64,000 bases of DNA from assembly GCF_039541115.1 (NCBI RefSeq), contig NZ_BAABFP010000002.1:930001-994000 (forward strand). Direction: 5' to 3'. Under the pieces are notes generated by a model, which worked only from the letters and a program-made list of their open reading frames with translations, ran no database searches and was not told the DNA's origin. Made by a program: the position numbers and the translations under genes. The stretch's first letter is position 1; each line of letters begins with the position of its first letter. This DNA comes from Angustibacter luteus (GTDB lineage Bacteria; Actinomycetota; Actinomycetes; Actinomycetales; Angustibacteraceae). Shown piece after piece: positions 1 to 10,113 of the stretch.

Positions 1-42
1 CGCCAGCCGACGGCGGAACGGGTGGATGTGCACGGCGATCAT
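1..42 (-). CDS. 5' end of a gene running off the window (MIAVHIHPFRRRLA..., possible signal peptide)
   Basis: ATG at 42 preceded by GGAG 7 nt upstream; only 14 codons visible. Confidence 0.35.
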   Translation of the reverse strand, partial: MIAVHIHPFRRRLA

Positions 43-123
43 GGGGGCGCTCCCAACCGGGGCGGACGTCGGTGTCCGCGGTGTCCGTTTGGTGCGTGAC
101 AGTAGTCCGGTTTGCCGTCCCGA

Positions 124-160
124 TGGAAGATCTAGCCGAAACTTTCTGCAAGATCTTTCA
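124..160. promoter_or_regulatory. AT-rich imperfect palindrome, putative transcription-factor operator
   Basis: TGGAAGATCTAGCCGAAA-C-TTTCTGCAAGATCTTTCA; arms match 15/18; intergenic, upstream of the gene starting at 42. Confidence 0.45.
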
Positions 161-169
161 GTGCCAGCG

Positions 170-739
170 TCAGAGGGGCGGCCAGGACGGATCGTTCGGC
201 CGCGGCGGCTTCGGGCCGGGCTCGAGCTGGCGCTCCTGGTGGCTCATCGGCTCGGGCCGCAGGTGCATCGACGTGCGCGGACGGGTCAGCAGCAGCACCA
301 GCGTGGTGCACGCCAGGCCCAGCATCGAGCTGGCCACGACGTACCACCAGGGAACCGGGTAGGCCAGCGGCGCCAAGACATCCAGGGTGACCGCCACCGC
401 GACCACGACCCCGAAGATCCGGCACTCGCTGGACCGGTGCAGCACGCCCAGCACGAGGAGCACCAGGATCAGGACGAGGCCCAGGTCGAGCAGCGCGCTC
501 CACTGCGCCGGCGCCCGCAGCGCCGACTCCGTCCACCCGGCGTCCGAGTGCATGTCCAGGTGGTGCGCGTGCCCGTAGGTGCGCAGGAACTCCGGCCACT
601 CCCCCAGCACCATCCAGGCGCGCAGCCCGGCCAGGGCCGTCAGCGACACCAGGAGGGCGCAGGCAGCCCGCACGCCATCGGGCGCGGATCCCCAGTCTCC
701 GCGCTCCGAGGGCACCTCGAGGTCCCGGACGTCGAACAC
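170..739 (-). CDS. Hypothetical membrane protein (about 4 TM helices)
   Basis: Hydrophobic segments; GTG start after GGAGG (track ORF extends to 865); resembles the neighbouring 909-1409 protein. Confidence 0.65.
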   Translation of the reverse strand: MFDVRDLEVPSERGDWGSAPDGVRAACALLVSLTALAGLRAWMVLGEWPEFLRTYGHAHHLDMHSDAGWTESALRAPAQWSALLDLGLVLILVLLVLGVLHRSSECRIFGVVVAVAVTLDVLAPLAYPVPWWYVVASSMLGLACTTLVLLLTRPRTSMHLRPEPMSHQERQLEPGPKPPRPNDPSWPPL

Positions 740-908
740 ACCGCCTCCAGCCCGTCGGCCGCGCACCGGTGCCGAGCTCGGCACCTGGTGCGGGCCGTCG
801 TCCCTTGGTGACCTTAGGCGCGGACGAGTCCACCAGTCAGCGCCCGTGACCCAACCCGCGCCCACTCGTGACCGAACGGAGACCCGGCGACCCGGCGACC
901 CGGCCCGA

Positions 909-1409
909 TCAGCCGGTCTCGTGCCGGCGGGCCCGTACCTCGGCGTCGTGCCGCTCCTGGTAGTCCTCGATCACCGGCGTCCGCCAGAGCAGCACGATGA
1001 CGATCCCGGTCAGGGCCACCATCAGCACCGTGAGCGCGTAGTACCACCACGGCGACGGCACGGCGAGCGAGCCCAGGGTGTTCAGCCCGCCGGCCGCGGA
1101 CAGGATCAGCGCCAGGTTGCGCGCCCAGGGCGTCCCGGTGCCGATCCGCTTGATCAGCGGGAGCAGCAGCAAGCCGGCGCAGAGCAAGCTGAAGTTGGCC
1201 GAGTCGAAGTGCCCCGGCACCTCGCGCTTGGCCACCTCCAACCCGAGGAACGTGTTCGTGTCCAGGCCGGCGTAGTCCGCGTACGCCTGCACGAACGCCA
1301 TGCGCTGGGTGTGGCAGAGCACCACCCGCAGCACCCCGATGCCGATCACTGCCACCAGCAGCACCTTGGTCCACGCCGCCCGGGACAGACCGGCGAACGA
1401 CTCGGTCAT
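909..1409 (-). CDS. Hypothetical membrane protein (about 4 TM helices)
   Basis: 166 aa, hydrophobic helices; ATGA overlap with the ABC-F stop. Confidence 0.75.
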   Translation of the reverse strand: MTESFAGLSRAAWTKVLLVAVIGIGVLRVVLCHTQRMAFVQAYADYAGLDTNTFLGLEVAKREVPGHFDSANFSLLCAGLLLLPLIKRIGTGTPWARNLALILSAAGGLNTLGSLAVPSPWWYYALTVLMVALTGIVIVLLWRTPVIEDYQERHDAEVRARRHETG

Positions 1410-3088
1410 CGCTGCCTCACCACCCTCGTCTCATCCCAGACCGGGTCCGTCGACTCGTACACGTCGCCGTCCGAGCCGAACACCAGGAACCGGTCGAAAC
1501 CCCTCGTGAACCACCGGTCGTGGGTCACGGCCAGGACCGTACCCTCGAACGCCGACAGTCCGTCCTCGAGCGCCTCGGCCGAGTGCAGGTCGAGGTTGTC
1601 GGTCGGCTCGTCGAGCAGCAGCAGCGTCGCGCCGCTCAGCTCGAGCAGCAGGATCTGGAACCGGGCCTGCTGGCCGCCGCTCAGCGACTCGAAGACCTGC
1701 TCGCCGGCCCGGGCCAGCTCGTAGCGGTCCAGCGTCTTGGCCGCCTGCTCGCGGGGCAGCCCGTCCCGGTGCTCGTCGCCCCGGTGCAGGATCTCCAGCA
1801 GGGTGCGCCCGACCAGCCGGGGGTGCTCGTGCGTCTGCGCGAACCACCCCGGCCGCACCCGCGCGCCGAGCCGGGCCCGACCCTGGTGCACCACCGGCGC
1901 GATGACCACGTCGTCCACCGGCTGGTGCTCGACGTCGGGGTCGCTGCCACCCGCGGCCAGCAGCCGCAGGAAGTGCGACTTGCCGGAGCCGTTCGACCCG
2001 AGCACCGCGACCCGTTCGCCGTACCAGACCTCCAGGTCGAACGGCTTCATCAGGCCGGTCAGCTCGAGCTGCTCGCAGATCACGGCGCGCTTGGCCGTGC
2101 GGCCCCCCTGCAGCCGCATCCGGACGTTCTGCCGCTGCGGCAGCTCCTCCGGCGGGCCGGCCTCCTCGAACTTCGCCAACCGGGTCTTGGCCGCCTGGTA
2201 CCGGCTGGCCAGCCCGTCGTTGTAGGCCGCCTTGACCTTGTACATCTGCACCAGGTCCTTGAGCTTCTGGTGCTCCTCGTCCCAGCGGCGGCGCAGCTCC
2301 TCGAGCTTGGCGAACCGGGCCGCCCGCGCTGCGTGGTACGTCGAGAACCGGCCGGGGTGCACCCACGCGGTGCTGCCCGCCGCGCCGGGCTCGAGCGTCG
2401 CGATCCGGCTGGCCGCGCGGTCCAGCAGCTCGCGGTCGTGGCTCACCAGCAGCACGGTCTTGGGGGTCTCGCGCAGCCGCTCCTCCAGCCAGCGCTTGCC
2501 CGGGACGTCGAGGTAGTTGTCCGGCTCGTCGAGCAGCAGGACCTCCTCCGGCCCACGCAGCAGCGCCTCGAGCACCAGCCGCTTCTGCTCGCCGCCGGAC
2601 AACGTGCGCACCTCGCGCCACTGGGCCTTCTCGTACGGGATGCCGATCGCGGCCACCGTGCAGACGTCCCAGAGCGTCTCGGCGTCGTACCCGCCGGCGT
2701 CCGCCCAGTCCGCGAGCGCCTGCGCGTACCGCATCTGGATCGGCTCGTCGTCCGACTCCATCATCAGCAGCTCGGCGTCGGCAAGCGCGTCGGCGGCCTC
2801 CCGGACCCGCACGGGGGCCACGGTGAGCAGCAGGTCGCGGACCGTCGAGGTGTCGCGCACCTGGCCGACGAACTGGCGCATGACGCCGAGGCCGCCGCTG
2901 CGGGTGACGGCCCCGCCGTGCGCGTCCAGGTCGCCGGCGATGATCCGCAGCAACGTGGTCTTGCCGGTGCCGTTGGGGCCGACCAGCGCGACCGTGGCAC
3001 CGTCCCCGACCCGGAACGAGACGTCGTCCAGCAACGGCCGGCCGTCCGGCAGGTGGTAGCTGATGGCATTCAGGTCGACGTGTCCCAC
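1406..3088 (-). CDS. ABC-F family ATP-binding protein
   Basis: Two ABC domains (GPNGTGKT, LSGGEQ, LLLDEPDN; GSNGSGKS, LSGGQQ, LLLDEPTD) and no TM segments. Confidence 0.93.
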   Translation of the reverse strand: MGHVDLNAISYHLPDGRPLLDDVSFRVGDGATVALVGPNGTGKTTLLRIIAGDLDAHGGAVTRSGGLGVMRQFVGQVRDTSTVRDLLLTVAPVRVREAADALADAELLMMESDDEPIQMRYAQALADWADAGGYDAETLWDVCTVAAIGIPYEKAQWREVRTLSGGEQKRLVLEALLRGPEEVLLLDEPDNYLDVPGKRWLEERLRETPKTVLLVSHDRELLDRAASRIATLEPGAAGSTAWVHPGRFSTYHAARAARFAKLEELRRRWDEEHQKLKDLVQMYKVKAAYNDGLASRYQAAKTRLAKFEEAGPPEELPQRQNVRMRLQGGRTAKRAVICEQLELTGLMKPFDLEVWYGERVAVLGSNGSGKSHFLRLLAAGGSDPDVEHQPVDDVVIAPVVHQGRARLGARVRPGWFAQTHEHPRLVGRTLLEILHRGDEHRDGLPREQAAKTLDRYELARAGEQVFESLSGGQQARFQILLLELSGATLLLLDEPTDNLDLHSAEALEDGLSAFEGTVLAVTHDRWFTRGFDRFLVFGSDGDVYESTDPVWDETRVVRQR

Positions 3089-3158
3089 GAGGGTCCAGTG
3101 TCCTCTGTCCGCCGGGGGTTAGGCACCTGCATTTCCGGGCGGAGGGGCGTCGGCCCGG

Positions 3159-3854
3159 CTACGGCGTGGCGTTCAGCAGCAGCCGGTACCCGGCGCCGGC
3201 CAGGGCGACCGCGAGCGCCACCGGGATCAGGACCAGGGTCACCAGCGCGGACGTGTCCTGGAACCAGTCCCACAGGTCGTGCCAGGCCGCCAACCAGGTG
3301 ATCAGGGCGACCAGGCCGCCGACCACCACGACCGACCCGATGGCCAGCCAGATCATCCCGCCCTGACGCCAGCGGTGCTGCACGACGGCCATTCCCATCA
3401 GCAGCGTTCCGAGCAGCAGGAACGGCGCCGCGTAGACCAGGAGCTGGAGCACCGGGTCGTCCTGGCGCAGCCCCGGCACGCGGAAGAAGTTCAGCTCCAC
3501 CCCGAAGCCGCCGGTGGCCGACTCCAGGTACCGCAGGATCGTCAGGGCGGCCGCGAACAGCCCGGCCTGCAGGGCCAGCAGGGCGCCGGTGCCGGCCGCG
3601 AAGGCCTTGCGGGTGACGCCCATGCCGAGCGCGAACGGGAAGACCTGGCTCACTGCCTGGTAGGCCAGCCACGCCGCCACGAAGTAGAGCGAGGCGATCC
3701 CCCCGGTGCCGCTCTGCTGCCGGCTGCCGGGGTCGAGCAGCGCCTGGATCACCCAGTTGATGACGAACGAGGAGGCCAGCACGGCCCAGGGCCAGATGAC
3801 GGCGGAGCGCCAGGTGACCAGGTGCAGCCGGGCTGCGGTGACGGCGTGGCTCAT
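3159..3854 (-). CDS. ABC transporter permease
   Basis: About 6 TM helices; FALGMGVTRK motif; coupled to the ATPase gene. Confidence 0.85.
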   Translation of the reverse strand: MSHAVTAARLHLVTWRSAVIWPWAVLASSFVINWVIQALLDPGSRQQSGTGGIASLYFVAAWLAYQAVSQVFPFALGMGVTRKAFAAGTGALLALQAGLFAAALTILRYLESATGGFGVELNFFRVPGLRQDDPVLQLLVYAAPFLLLGTLLMGMAVVQHRWRQGGMIWLAIGSVVVVGGLVALITWLAAWHDLWDWFQDTSALVTLVLIPVALAVALAGAGYRLLLNATP

Positions 3855-4792
3855 CGGGAGACCTCCTGCTCGTGGTGGGCGGACGGCGTCAGCTCGCTGC
3901 CGGCGGGCTTGGCGCAGCCGCCGGCCTGGGTCGTGCGGATGACGAGCTGCTGCAAGGACAGCGGCTCGACGGTCAGGCCCGCTGTGCGCGCCTGCGTCCG
4001 GACGTCGTCCGCGGCCCGGGTGCGGACCGTGACCCGGGCGAGACCGGCCATCTGCTCGCAGTGCAGCACCCGGCGTCCGTTGACGACCTCGGCGACCACG
4101 GCGGACGGCCCGCTGATGACGACCGCCCCGGCGCGCAGCTCGTCGGCGTCCGCGTCGACCAGCACCTGGCCGTGGTCGACCAGCACGACGTGCTCGAGCA
4201 GGTCGGCCACCTCGTCGATCAGGTGGGTGGACAGCACCACGGTGCGCGGGTGCTCGGCGAAGTCGCCCAGCAGCCGGTCGTAGAAGAGCTGGCGGGCCAC
4301 CGCGTCCAGCCCGAGGTAGGGCTCGTCGAACAGGGTCAGCTCGGCCCGCGAGGCCAGTCCGACGACCACCCCCAGCGCCGAGCGCATCCCGCGGGAGAGC
4401 TTGCGGACCCGGCGTCCGAGCGGGAGGTCGTACTCGGCGAGCAGGTGGCGGGCGAACGCCTCGTCCCAGCGCGGGTGCAGCAGCCGGGCCGCAGCAATCA
4501 CGTGGCAGACGCGGTACGCGTCCGGGTAGGTCTGCCCCTCGGCCACGAAGCAGGTGCGGGCCAGGACGTCCGGGTTCTCGTACGGGTCCTCGCCGAACAG
4601 CCGGACCTGACCCGACGTCGGCCGGTCCTGGCCGGTGAGCAGCTGCATGAGCGTGGTCTTCCCGGCGCCGTTGCGACCCAGCAGCCCGTGGATGCGTCCC
4701 GGCTCGAGGGCGAGGTCGACGTCCTGGACCGCTGTGACCTCGCGGTAGCGGCGGGTCAGGCCACTGGTCTGTACGACCGGCTGGGTGCTCAT
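3851..4792 (-). CDS. ABC transporter ATP-binding protein (YtrB-like)
   Basis: GRNGAGKT, LSRGM, LFDEPYLGLD, STH motifs. Confidence 0.92.
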   Translation of the reverse strand: MSTQPVVQTSGLTRRYREVTAVQDVDLALEPGRIHGLLGRNGAGKTTLMQLLTGQDRPTSGQVRLFGEDPYENPDVLARTCFVAEGQTYPDAYRVCHVIAAARLLHPRWDEAFARHLLAEYDLPLGRRVRKLSRGMRSALGVVVGLASRAELTLFDEPYLGLDAVARQLFYDRLLGDFAEHPRTVVLSTHLIDEVADLLEHVVLVDHGQVLVDADADELRAGAVVISGPSAVVAEVVNGRRVLHCEQMAGLARVTVRTRAADDVRTQARTAGLTVEPLSLQQLVIRTTQAGGCAKPAGSELTPSAHHEQEVSR

Positions 4793-5154
4793 GAGCCCAC
4801 CACCGCGTCGTCCAGCAGGCTCTTGATCTCGTCCGGCCCCAGGCCGAGCCTGCGCGCCTCGGCGACCAGCGGGTCGACGTACTGGCGCGCGAAGTCCGCC
4901 CGCCGCCGCTGCCGCAGCAGGTCGCGCGCCCCTGCGCTGACGAACATGCCGATACCCCGTCTCTTGTAGAGGACCCCGTCGGCGACCAGGCGGTTGATGC
5001 CCTTGAGCGCCGTGGCGGGGTTGATGCGGTGAAAGGCGGCGAGCTCGTTCGTCGAGGGGACCTGGTCCTCCTCGGCGAGGCTGCCGTCGATGATCGCGGA
5101 CTCGATCTGCTCGGTGATCTGCACGAACAGCGGCCGGTCCTCGAACACCATCAC
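4789..5154 (-). CDS. GntR family (YtrA subfamily) regulator
   Basis: PSTNELA...INPAT...KRRGIGMFV winged HTH with short C-terminus; heads an ABC operon. Confidence 0.92.
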   Translation of the reverse strand: MMVFEDRPLFVQITEQIESAIIDGSLAEEDQVPSTNELAAFHRINPATALKGINRLVADGVLYKRRGIGMFVSAGARDLLRQRRRADFARQYVDPLVAEARRLGLGPDEIKSLLDDAVVGS

Positions 5155-5162
5155 CGGTTCCT

Positions 5163-5213
5163 TGGTTGGTTACTCACGTAACTAACCATGCAACCACCCC
5201 GGCCCCCTGTCAA
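5163..5213 (-). promoter_or_regulatory. Putative promoter (TTGACA-N17-CATGGT) with overlapping palindromic operator
   Basis: TTGACA at 5213-5208 and CATGGT at 5190-5185; inverted repeat TGGTTGGTTAC-N4-GTAACTAACCA at 5163-5188 (10/11). Confidence 0.6.
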
Positions 5214-5277
5214 CCAGAAAGCGGGAAATCCGGGGTCATGTGCGCCGAATGAGCCCGGATAGCGGGACATCTGCGGG
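5212..5277. repeat. REP-like palindromic intergenic repeat, copy 1
   Basis: Its reverse complement aligns without gaps to 54355-54420 (about 41/66 by hand; shared blocks ATGTCCCG, CATGACCCCG, TCTGG). Confidence 0.5.
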
Positions 5278-6129
5278 TTACGGGAGGGTGCGGACGGCGC
5301 GCGCCTGCTCCGCGCGGACGGCGAGCTCGTCGTCCGGCGGGTAGACGACCTCCTCCAGCGACAGGCCGTGGGGCGGCATCACCGCGACCGCCGCGTCCCG
5401 GGCGCCGGCGGCCAGCACCTGCGCGGGCCACTCGACCGGACGTCGTCCCTGGCCGACCGGCACCACGGCACCGACCAGGGACCGCACCATCGAGTGGCAG
5501 AACGCGTCGGCGACGACCCGGGCGGCCAGCGTCCCGTCGTCCTGGCGGCACCACGAGTACTCGAGCAGGGTGCGGACGGTGGTGGCGCCGTCGCGCCGCT
5601 TGCAGAACGCCGCGAAGTCCTGCAGGCCGAGCAGCAGCTGGGACGCGTCGTGCATGGCCTGCTCGTCCAGCGGCTCCTTCAGCACGACCGTGTCGACCCG
5701 GCGCAGCGGGTCCAGCCGCGCCGGCCCGTCGCAGATCCGGTAGCGGTACCGCCGGCGCATCGCCGCGAACCGCGCGTCGAAGCCGGGTGGGGCGACCTGC
5801 ACCGCCCGCACCACGACGTCCGACGGCAGGACGCCGGCCAGCCGGGTCACAGACGCCGCCTCGGGCGTGCGGTCGGACCGGCCGGGCAGGGCGGCCCACG
5901 CGTCGACGGCGACGTCCGCGTGCGCGACCTGGCCGCGTGCGTGCACCCCGGCGTCCGTGCGACCGGCCACCGTGAGCCGGACCGGCTGGTCCGCCCGCAG
6001 CACGGTGGTGAGCGCCCGGGACAGCTCGTCCTCGACCGTGCGCCGCCCGGGCTGGGCCGCCCACCCGGAGAAGTTGGTGCCGTCGTACGCGAGGTCGATC
6101 CGCAGGCGCACGGTCTCGGCCTCGCTCAT
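5278..6129 (-). CDS. truA: tRNA pseudouridine(38-40) synthase
   Basis: AYDGTNFSGW, AGRTDAGVHA, FCHSMVR motifs; ATG at 6129 (TAGCCT 7 nt upstream, possibly leaderless). Confidence 0.96.
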   Translation of the reverse strand: MSEAETVRLRIDLAYDGTNFSGWAAQPGRRTVEDELSRALTTVLRADQPVRLTVAGRTDAGVHARGQVAHADVAVDAWAALPGRSDRTPEAASVTRLAGVLPSDVVVRAVQVAPPGFDARFAAMRRRYRYRICDGPARLDPLRRVDTVVLKEPLDEQAMHDASQLLLGLQDFAAFCKRRDGATTVRTLLEYSWCRQDDGTLAARVVADAFCHSMVRSLVGAVVPVGQGRRPVEWPAQVLAAGARDAAVAVMPPHGLSLEEVVYPPDDELAVRAEQARAVRTLP

Positions 6130-6199
6130 GCCGGCAAGGCTATCCGCCGACCGCCACCACCCACCCTCGGTGGCGCAGGGCGCGGTCAGCGCGGGACGG

Positions 6200-6237
6200 C
6201 GAGAGCCCGCCACCCGAGGTCGGGTGACGGGCTCTCG
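6200..6237 (-). terminator. Stem-loop after rplQ (end of alpha operon)
   Basis: 18-bp inverted repeat with one G-U pair. Confidence 0.7.
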
Positions 6238-6255
6238 TGCGAGCTCAGCGAGGGC

Positions 6256-7008
6256 TCAGGCGTCCTTGTCGGACTCCTCAGCGGTCTCGGCCTCAGCGGC
6301 CTCCTCGGCGTCGGGCATGGAGCCCGGGGCCTCGAAGCCAGCGGCCTCGGCGGCCTCCTGGGTGGCGAACCACACCTCGGCCTCGGTCTGCTCGAACCAC
6401 GGGGACTCTTCGGTGTGGTACTTCTTCGAGTCCTCGTTGCCCTTGATCGGGAAGCCTTCCGGCGCGGAGCCGTCGGCCAGCGGGGCGTGCGAGCCCTCGC
6501 CGTACGGCGCCTCGGTCGCCTCGGCCGCACCCTCGGTGGCCTCTGCCGCCGGAGCCGCCTTCTTCGCCGTGGACTTCTTGGCCGCCGACTTCTTGGCCGC
6601 CCGCTTCGTCGCGCCCTCGGCCTCCTTCACGGTGGCCTGCTTGGCGGACAGCGGCTCGCGGACGAGCTCGATGACGGCCATCGGCGCGTTGTCGCCCTTG
6701 CGCGGGGCGATCTTGGTGATGCGGGTGTAGCCACCCTGGCGGTCGGCCACGTCGGGCGCGATCTCGGTGAACAGGCGGTGCACGACGCTCTTGTCGCTGA
6801 TCACCGCGAGCACCCGGCGACGGGCGTGCAGGTCACCGCGCTTGGCGAAGGTCACCAGCCGCTCGGCGAGCGGACGCAGCCGCTTCGCCTTGGCCTGGGT
6901 GGTCGTGATGCGGTCGTGCTCGAAGAGCGCCTGGGCGAGGTTGGCCAGGATGAGCCGCTCGTGCGCCGGGCCGCCGCCGAGGCGCGGACCCTTCGTGGGC
7001 GTGGGCAT
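6256..7008 (-). CDS. rplQ: 50S ribosomal protein L17 with long C-terminal extension
   Basis: [12 protein letters not shown]...[14 protein letters not shown]17 core, then Ala/Lys linker and PIKGN...KYH...WF domain. Confidence 0.96.
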   Translation of the reverse strand: MPTPTKGPRLGGGPAHERLILANLAQALFEHDRITTTQAKAKRLRPLAERLVTFAKRGDLHARRRVLAVISDKSVVHRLFTEIAPDVADRQGGYTRITKIAPRKGDNAPMAVIELVREPLSAKQATVKEAEGATKRAAKKSAAKKSTAKKAAPAAEATEGAAEATEAPYGEGSHAPLADGSAPEGFPIKGNEDSKKYHTEESPWFEQTEAEVWFATQEAAEAAGFEAPGSMPDAEEAAEAETAEESDKDA

Positions 7009-7067
7009 GGTGGTCGATCTCCTACCGGTCGGTCACGGGGTTCGGGTCAGGTCCGGATCAGTCCGGC

Positions 7068-8084
7068 TCAGTACTGCTCGTCCTCGGCGTAGGCCGCGTC
7101 GTCGTCCGCGCCGTACGCCTCGACAGCAGCGGCCGGGTCGAACCCGGGCGGGCTGTCCTTGAGCTGCAGCCCCATGCCGACGAGCTTGGCCTTGACCTCG
7201 TCGATCGACTTGGCGCCGAAGTTGCGGATGTCGAGCAGGTCCGCCTCGCTACGACCCACGAGCTCACCCACGGTGTGGATGCCCTCGCGCTTGAGGCAGT
7301 TGTAGGAGCGGACCGTGAGGTCGAGCTCCTCGATCGGCAGCGCGAGGTCCGCAGCCAGCGCGGCGTCCGTCGGCGACGGACCCATGTCGATGCCCTCGGC
7401 CTCGACGTTCAGCTCACGGGCCAGGCCGAACAGCTCGACCAGCGTCTTGCCGGCCGAGGCCATGGCGTCGCGGGGGGAGATGCTGGACTTGGTCTCGACG
7501 TCGACCACGAGGCGGTCGAAGTCGGTGCGCTGCTCGACGCGGGTGGCCTCGACCTTGTAGGTCACCTTGAGCACCGGCGAGTAGATCGAGTCGACCGGGA
7601 TGCGGCCGATCTCGGCGTCGCCGGACTTGTTCTGCGCGGCGGAGACGTAGCCGCGGCCACGCTCGACGGTGAGCTCCATCTCGAGCTTGCCCTTCGCGTT
7701 CAGCGTGGCGAAGTGCAGGTCCGGGTTGAGGATCTCGACGCCGGCCGGCGGGGCGATGTCAGCAGCGGTGACCGCGCCGGGGCCCTGCTTGCGCAGGTAC
7801 ATGACGACGGGCTCGTCGTGCTCGCTGGAGACGACCAGCGCCTTCACGTTGAGGATGAGCTCAGTGACGTCCTCCTTGATCCCAGGGATCGTGGAGAACT
7901 CGTGCAGCACGCCGTCGATGCGGATGCTCGTCACGGCCGCGCCCGGGATGGACGACAGCAGCGTGCGACGGAGGGAGTTGCCGAGGGTGTAGCCGAAACC
8001 GGGCTCCAGCGGCTCGATGACGAACCGCGAGCGGGCGTCGTCGACGCTGTCCTCGGTGAGCTGGGGACGCTGTGCGATCAGCAC
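7068..8084 (-). CDS. rpoA: RNA polymerase alpha subunit
   Basis: [18 protein letters not shown]; alpha-[17 protein letters not shown] start at 8084. Confidence 0.98.
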   Translation of the reverse strand: MLIAQRPQLTEDSVDDARSRFVIEPLEPGFGYTLGNSLRRTLLSSIPGAAVTSIRIDGVLHEFSTIPGIKEDVTELILNVKALVVSSEHDEPVVMYLRKQGPGAVTAADIAPPAGVEILNPDLHFATLNAKGKLEMELTVERGRGYVSAAQNKSGDAEIGRIPVDSIYSPVLKVTYKVEATRVEQRTDFDRLVVDVETKSSISPRDAMASAGKTLVELFGLARELNVEAEGIDMGPSPTDAALAADLALPIEELDLTVRSYNCLKREGIHTVGELVGRSEADLLDIRNFGAKSIDEVKAKLVGMGLQLKDSPPGFDPAAAVEAYGADDDAAYAEDEQY

Positions 8085-8218
8085 TGGTGTTCTTCCTTCC
8101 CACGGGTGTCCGCCATATGACACCTCGCGAATCCCCGCACGGACTCTGTCCGCCGTGCCGGGTGTGCCGGACGCCGGTCCGCGCCGCAGGTGCGCGCGGA
8201 CCGACGTCCGTCAGTGGT

Positions 8219-8848
8219 TCAGTTCTTCGAGTACAGCTCGACGATCAGCTGCTCCTGGACGGGCGTGTCGATGACCTGCCGGGCCGGGAGCGAGTGAACG
8301 AGGATGCGCATCTGGGTCGGAATCGCCTCGAGCCACGCGGGCACGGTGCGCTCGCCGGCCTCGGCGCGAGCGACGACGAACGGCGTCATCTCGTGCGAGC
8401 GCTGGCGGACCTCGATGATGTCCTTCTCGCGGACCCGGTACGACGGGATGTCGACCTTGACGCCGTTCACGAGCAGGTGGCCGTGGCGGACCAGCTGGCG
8501 CGCCATGTCACGGGACTTGGCGAAGCCAGCCCGGTACACGACGTTGTCCAGCCGGGTCTCGAGGATGCGCAGCAGGTTCTCGCCGGTCTTGCCGGTGGAA
8601 CGGTGCGCCTCCTCGTAGTAGCCGCGGAACTGCTTCTCGAGGACGCCGTACATGCGCGCAGCCTTCTGCTTCTCGCGCATCTGGAGCAGGTACTCGGACT
8701 CCTTGGTCCGGGCACGACCGTGCATACCCGGGGGGTACGGACGGATCTCGATGGGGCACTTCGGCCCATCGCACTTGGAGCCCTTGAGGAAGAGCTTGGT
8801 CTTCTCGCGACGGCAGCGCTTGCAGTCTGCGCCGGTGTAACGCGCCAT
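8219..8848 (-). CDS. rpsD: 30S ribosomal protein S4 (Cys-containing form)
   Basis: [15 protein letters not shown]...RLDNVVYR. Confidence 0.98.
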   Translation of the reverse strand: MARYTGADCKRCRREKTKLFLKGSKCDGPKCPIEIRPYPPGMHGRARTKESEYLLQMREKQKAARMYGVLEKQFRGYYEEAHRSTGKTGENLLRILETRLDNVVYRAGFAKSRDMARQLVRHGHLLVNGVKVDIPSYRVREKDIIEVRQRSHEMTPFVVARAEAGERTVPAWLEAIPTQMRILVHSLPARQVIDTPVQEQLIVELYSKN

Positions 8849-8896
8849 GTGGCTGGTTCTCCTTGGTGAAGGCGCTAGTGGGTCAGGTGGCGCAGC

Positions 8897-9304
8897 TCAG
8901 ACGCGGCGGCGCTTGGGAGGACGGACACCGTTGTGCGGCACCGGGGTCACGTCCTGGATCGAGCCGACCTCGAGGCCGGTCGCGGTCAACGAGCGGATCG
9001 CGGTCTCGCGACCGGAACCCGGGCCCTTCACGAACACGTCGACCTTGCGCATGCCGTGCTCCATCGCGCGACGAGCAGCGGCTTCGGCGGCCATCTGCGC
9101 GGCGAACGGGGTGGACTTGCGCGAGCCCTTGAAGCCCACCTGGCCGGCCGAGGCCCAGGCGATGACGGCTCCGGTCGGGTCGGTGATCGACACGATCGTG
9201 TTGTTGAAGGTGCTCTTGATGTGAGCGTGCCCGTGGGCGATGTTCTTCTTCTCCTTGCGGCGCACCTTCTTGGCGCCCGCAGCGGTACGGCCCTTGGGAG
9301 GCAT
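8897..9304 (-). CDS. rpsK: 30S ribosomal protein S11
   Basis: STFNNTIV...[14 protein letters not shown]...PPKRRRV. Confidence 0.98.
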   Translation of the reverse strand: MPPKGRTAAGAKKVRRKEKKNIAHGHAHIKSTFNNTIVSITDPTGAVIAWASAGQVGFKGSRKSTPFAAQMAAEAAARRAMEHGMRKVDVFVKGPGSGRETAIRSLTATGLEVGSIQDVTPVPHNGVRPPKRRRV

Positions 9305-9367
9305 CTGCTGGTTACTCCTACGTTCGAGGTACGGGACCCGTGCGCGTCAGCACACGGCGGGGGCTGG

Positions 9368-9748
9368 CTACTTGCGGCCGGCCTTCTTCTTGCCGGCCAC
9401 CGTGCGCTTGGGCCCCTTGCGGGTGCGCGCGTTGGTCTTGGTGCGCTGTCCGCGCACCGGCAGGCCACGGCGGTGCCGCAGCCCCTCGTAGCTACCGATC
9501 TCGACCTTGCGGCGGATGTCGGCAGCAACCTCGCGACGCAGGTCGCCCTCGAGCTTGAAGCTCGCCTCGAGGTGGTCACGCAGCTTGACGAGGTCTTCGT
9601 CGGTCAGGTCGCGCACGCGCACGTCCGGGCTGACCCCGGTCGCCACGAGCGTCTGCTGGGCGCGGGTGCGCCCAACGCCGAAGATGTAGGTGAGCGCGAT
9701 CTCGACGCGCTTGTCGCGCGGGAGGTCGACGCCGATCAGACGTGCCAT
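9368..9748 (-). CDS. rpsM: 30S ribosomal protein S13
   Basis: [10 protein letters not shown]...[19 protein letters not shown]. Confidence 0.98.
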   Translation of the reverse strand: MARLIGVDLPRDKRVEIALTYIFGVGRTRAQQTLVATGVSPDVRVRDLTDEDLVKLRDHLEASFKLEGDLRREVAADIRRKVEIGSYEGLRHRRGLPVRGQRTKTNARTRKGPKRTVAGKKKAGRK

Positions 9749-9926
9749 CTGGCGGTGTCTCCTGGTCTGTCGTCACGGAGGTCTGGAGCAGCACCGGTCC
9801 CCACCGTTCGAGGTGGGGTCCCCGGCCTCCGTGGCCGGGGGTGGCGTCCGACGCTCTCGCGTCAGGGTCGGGTGCTGCGGCTGTCGTTTCGTTGTGTCGT
9901 GAAGCCCTGCTGTGCTGCGGTGCTGC

Positions 9927-10040
9927 TCAGCCCTGGCGCTGCTTGTGGCGCAGGTTCTCGCAGATCACCATGACCCGGCCGTTGCGGCGGATCACCTTGC
10001 ACTTGTCGCAGATCTTCTTGACGCTCGGCTTGACCTTCAT
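9927..10040 (-). CDS. rpmJ: 50S ribosomal protein L36 (absent from ORF track)
   Basis: Hand translation: [37 protein letters not shown]. Confidence 0.97.
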   Translation of the reverse strand: MKVKPSVKKICDKCKVIRRNGRVMVICENLRHKQRQG

Positions 10041-10113
10041 CGCCCTGCTGTCTGCTCGTGGTGGTCAGTCGGACTGTCGTGCTGGTGGTGCTGGTGGTGC
10101 GGGACTGCGGACC

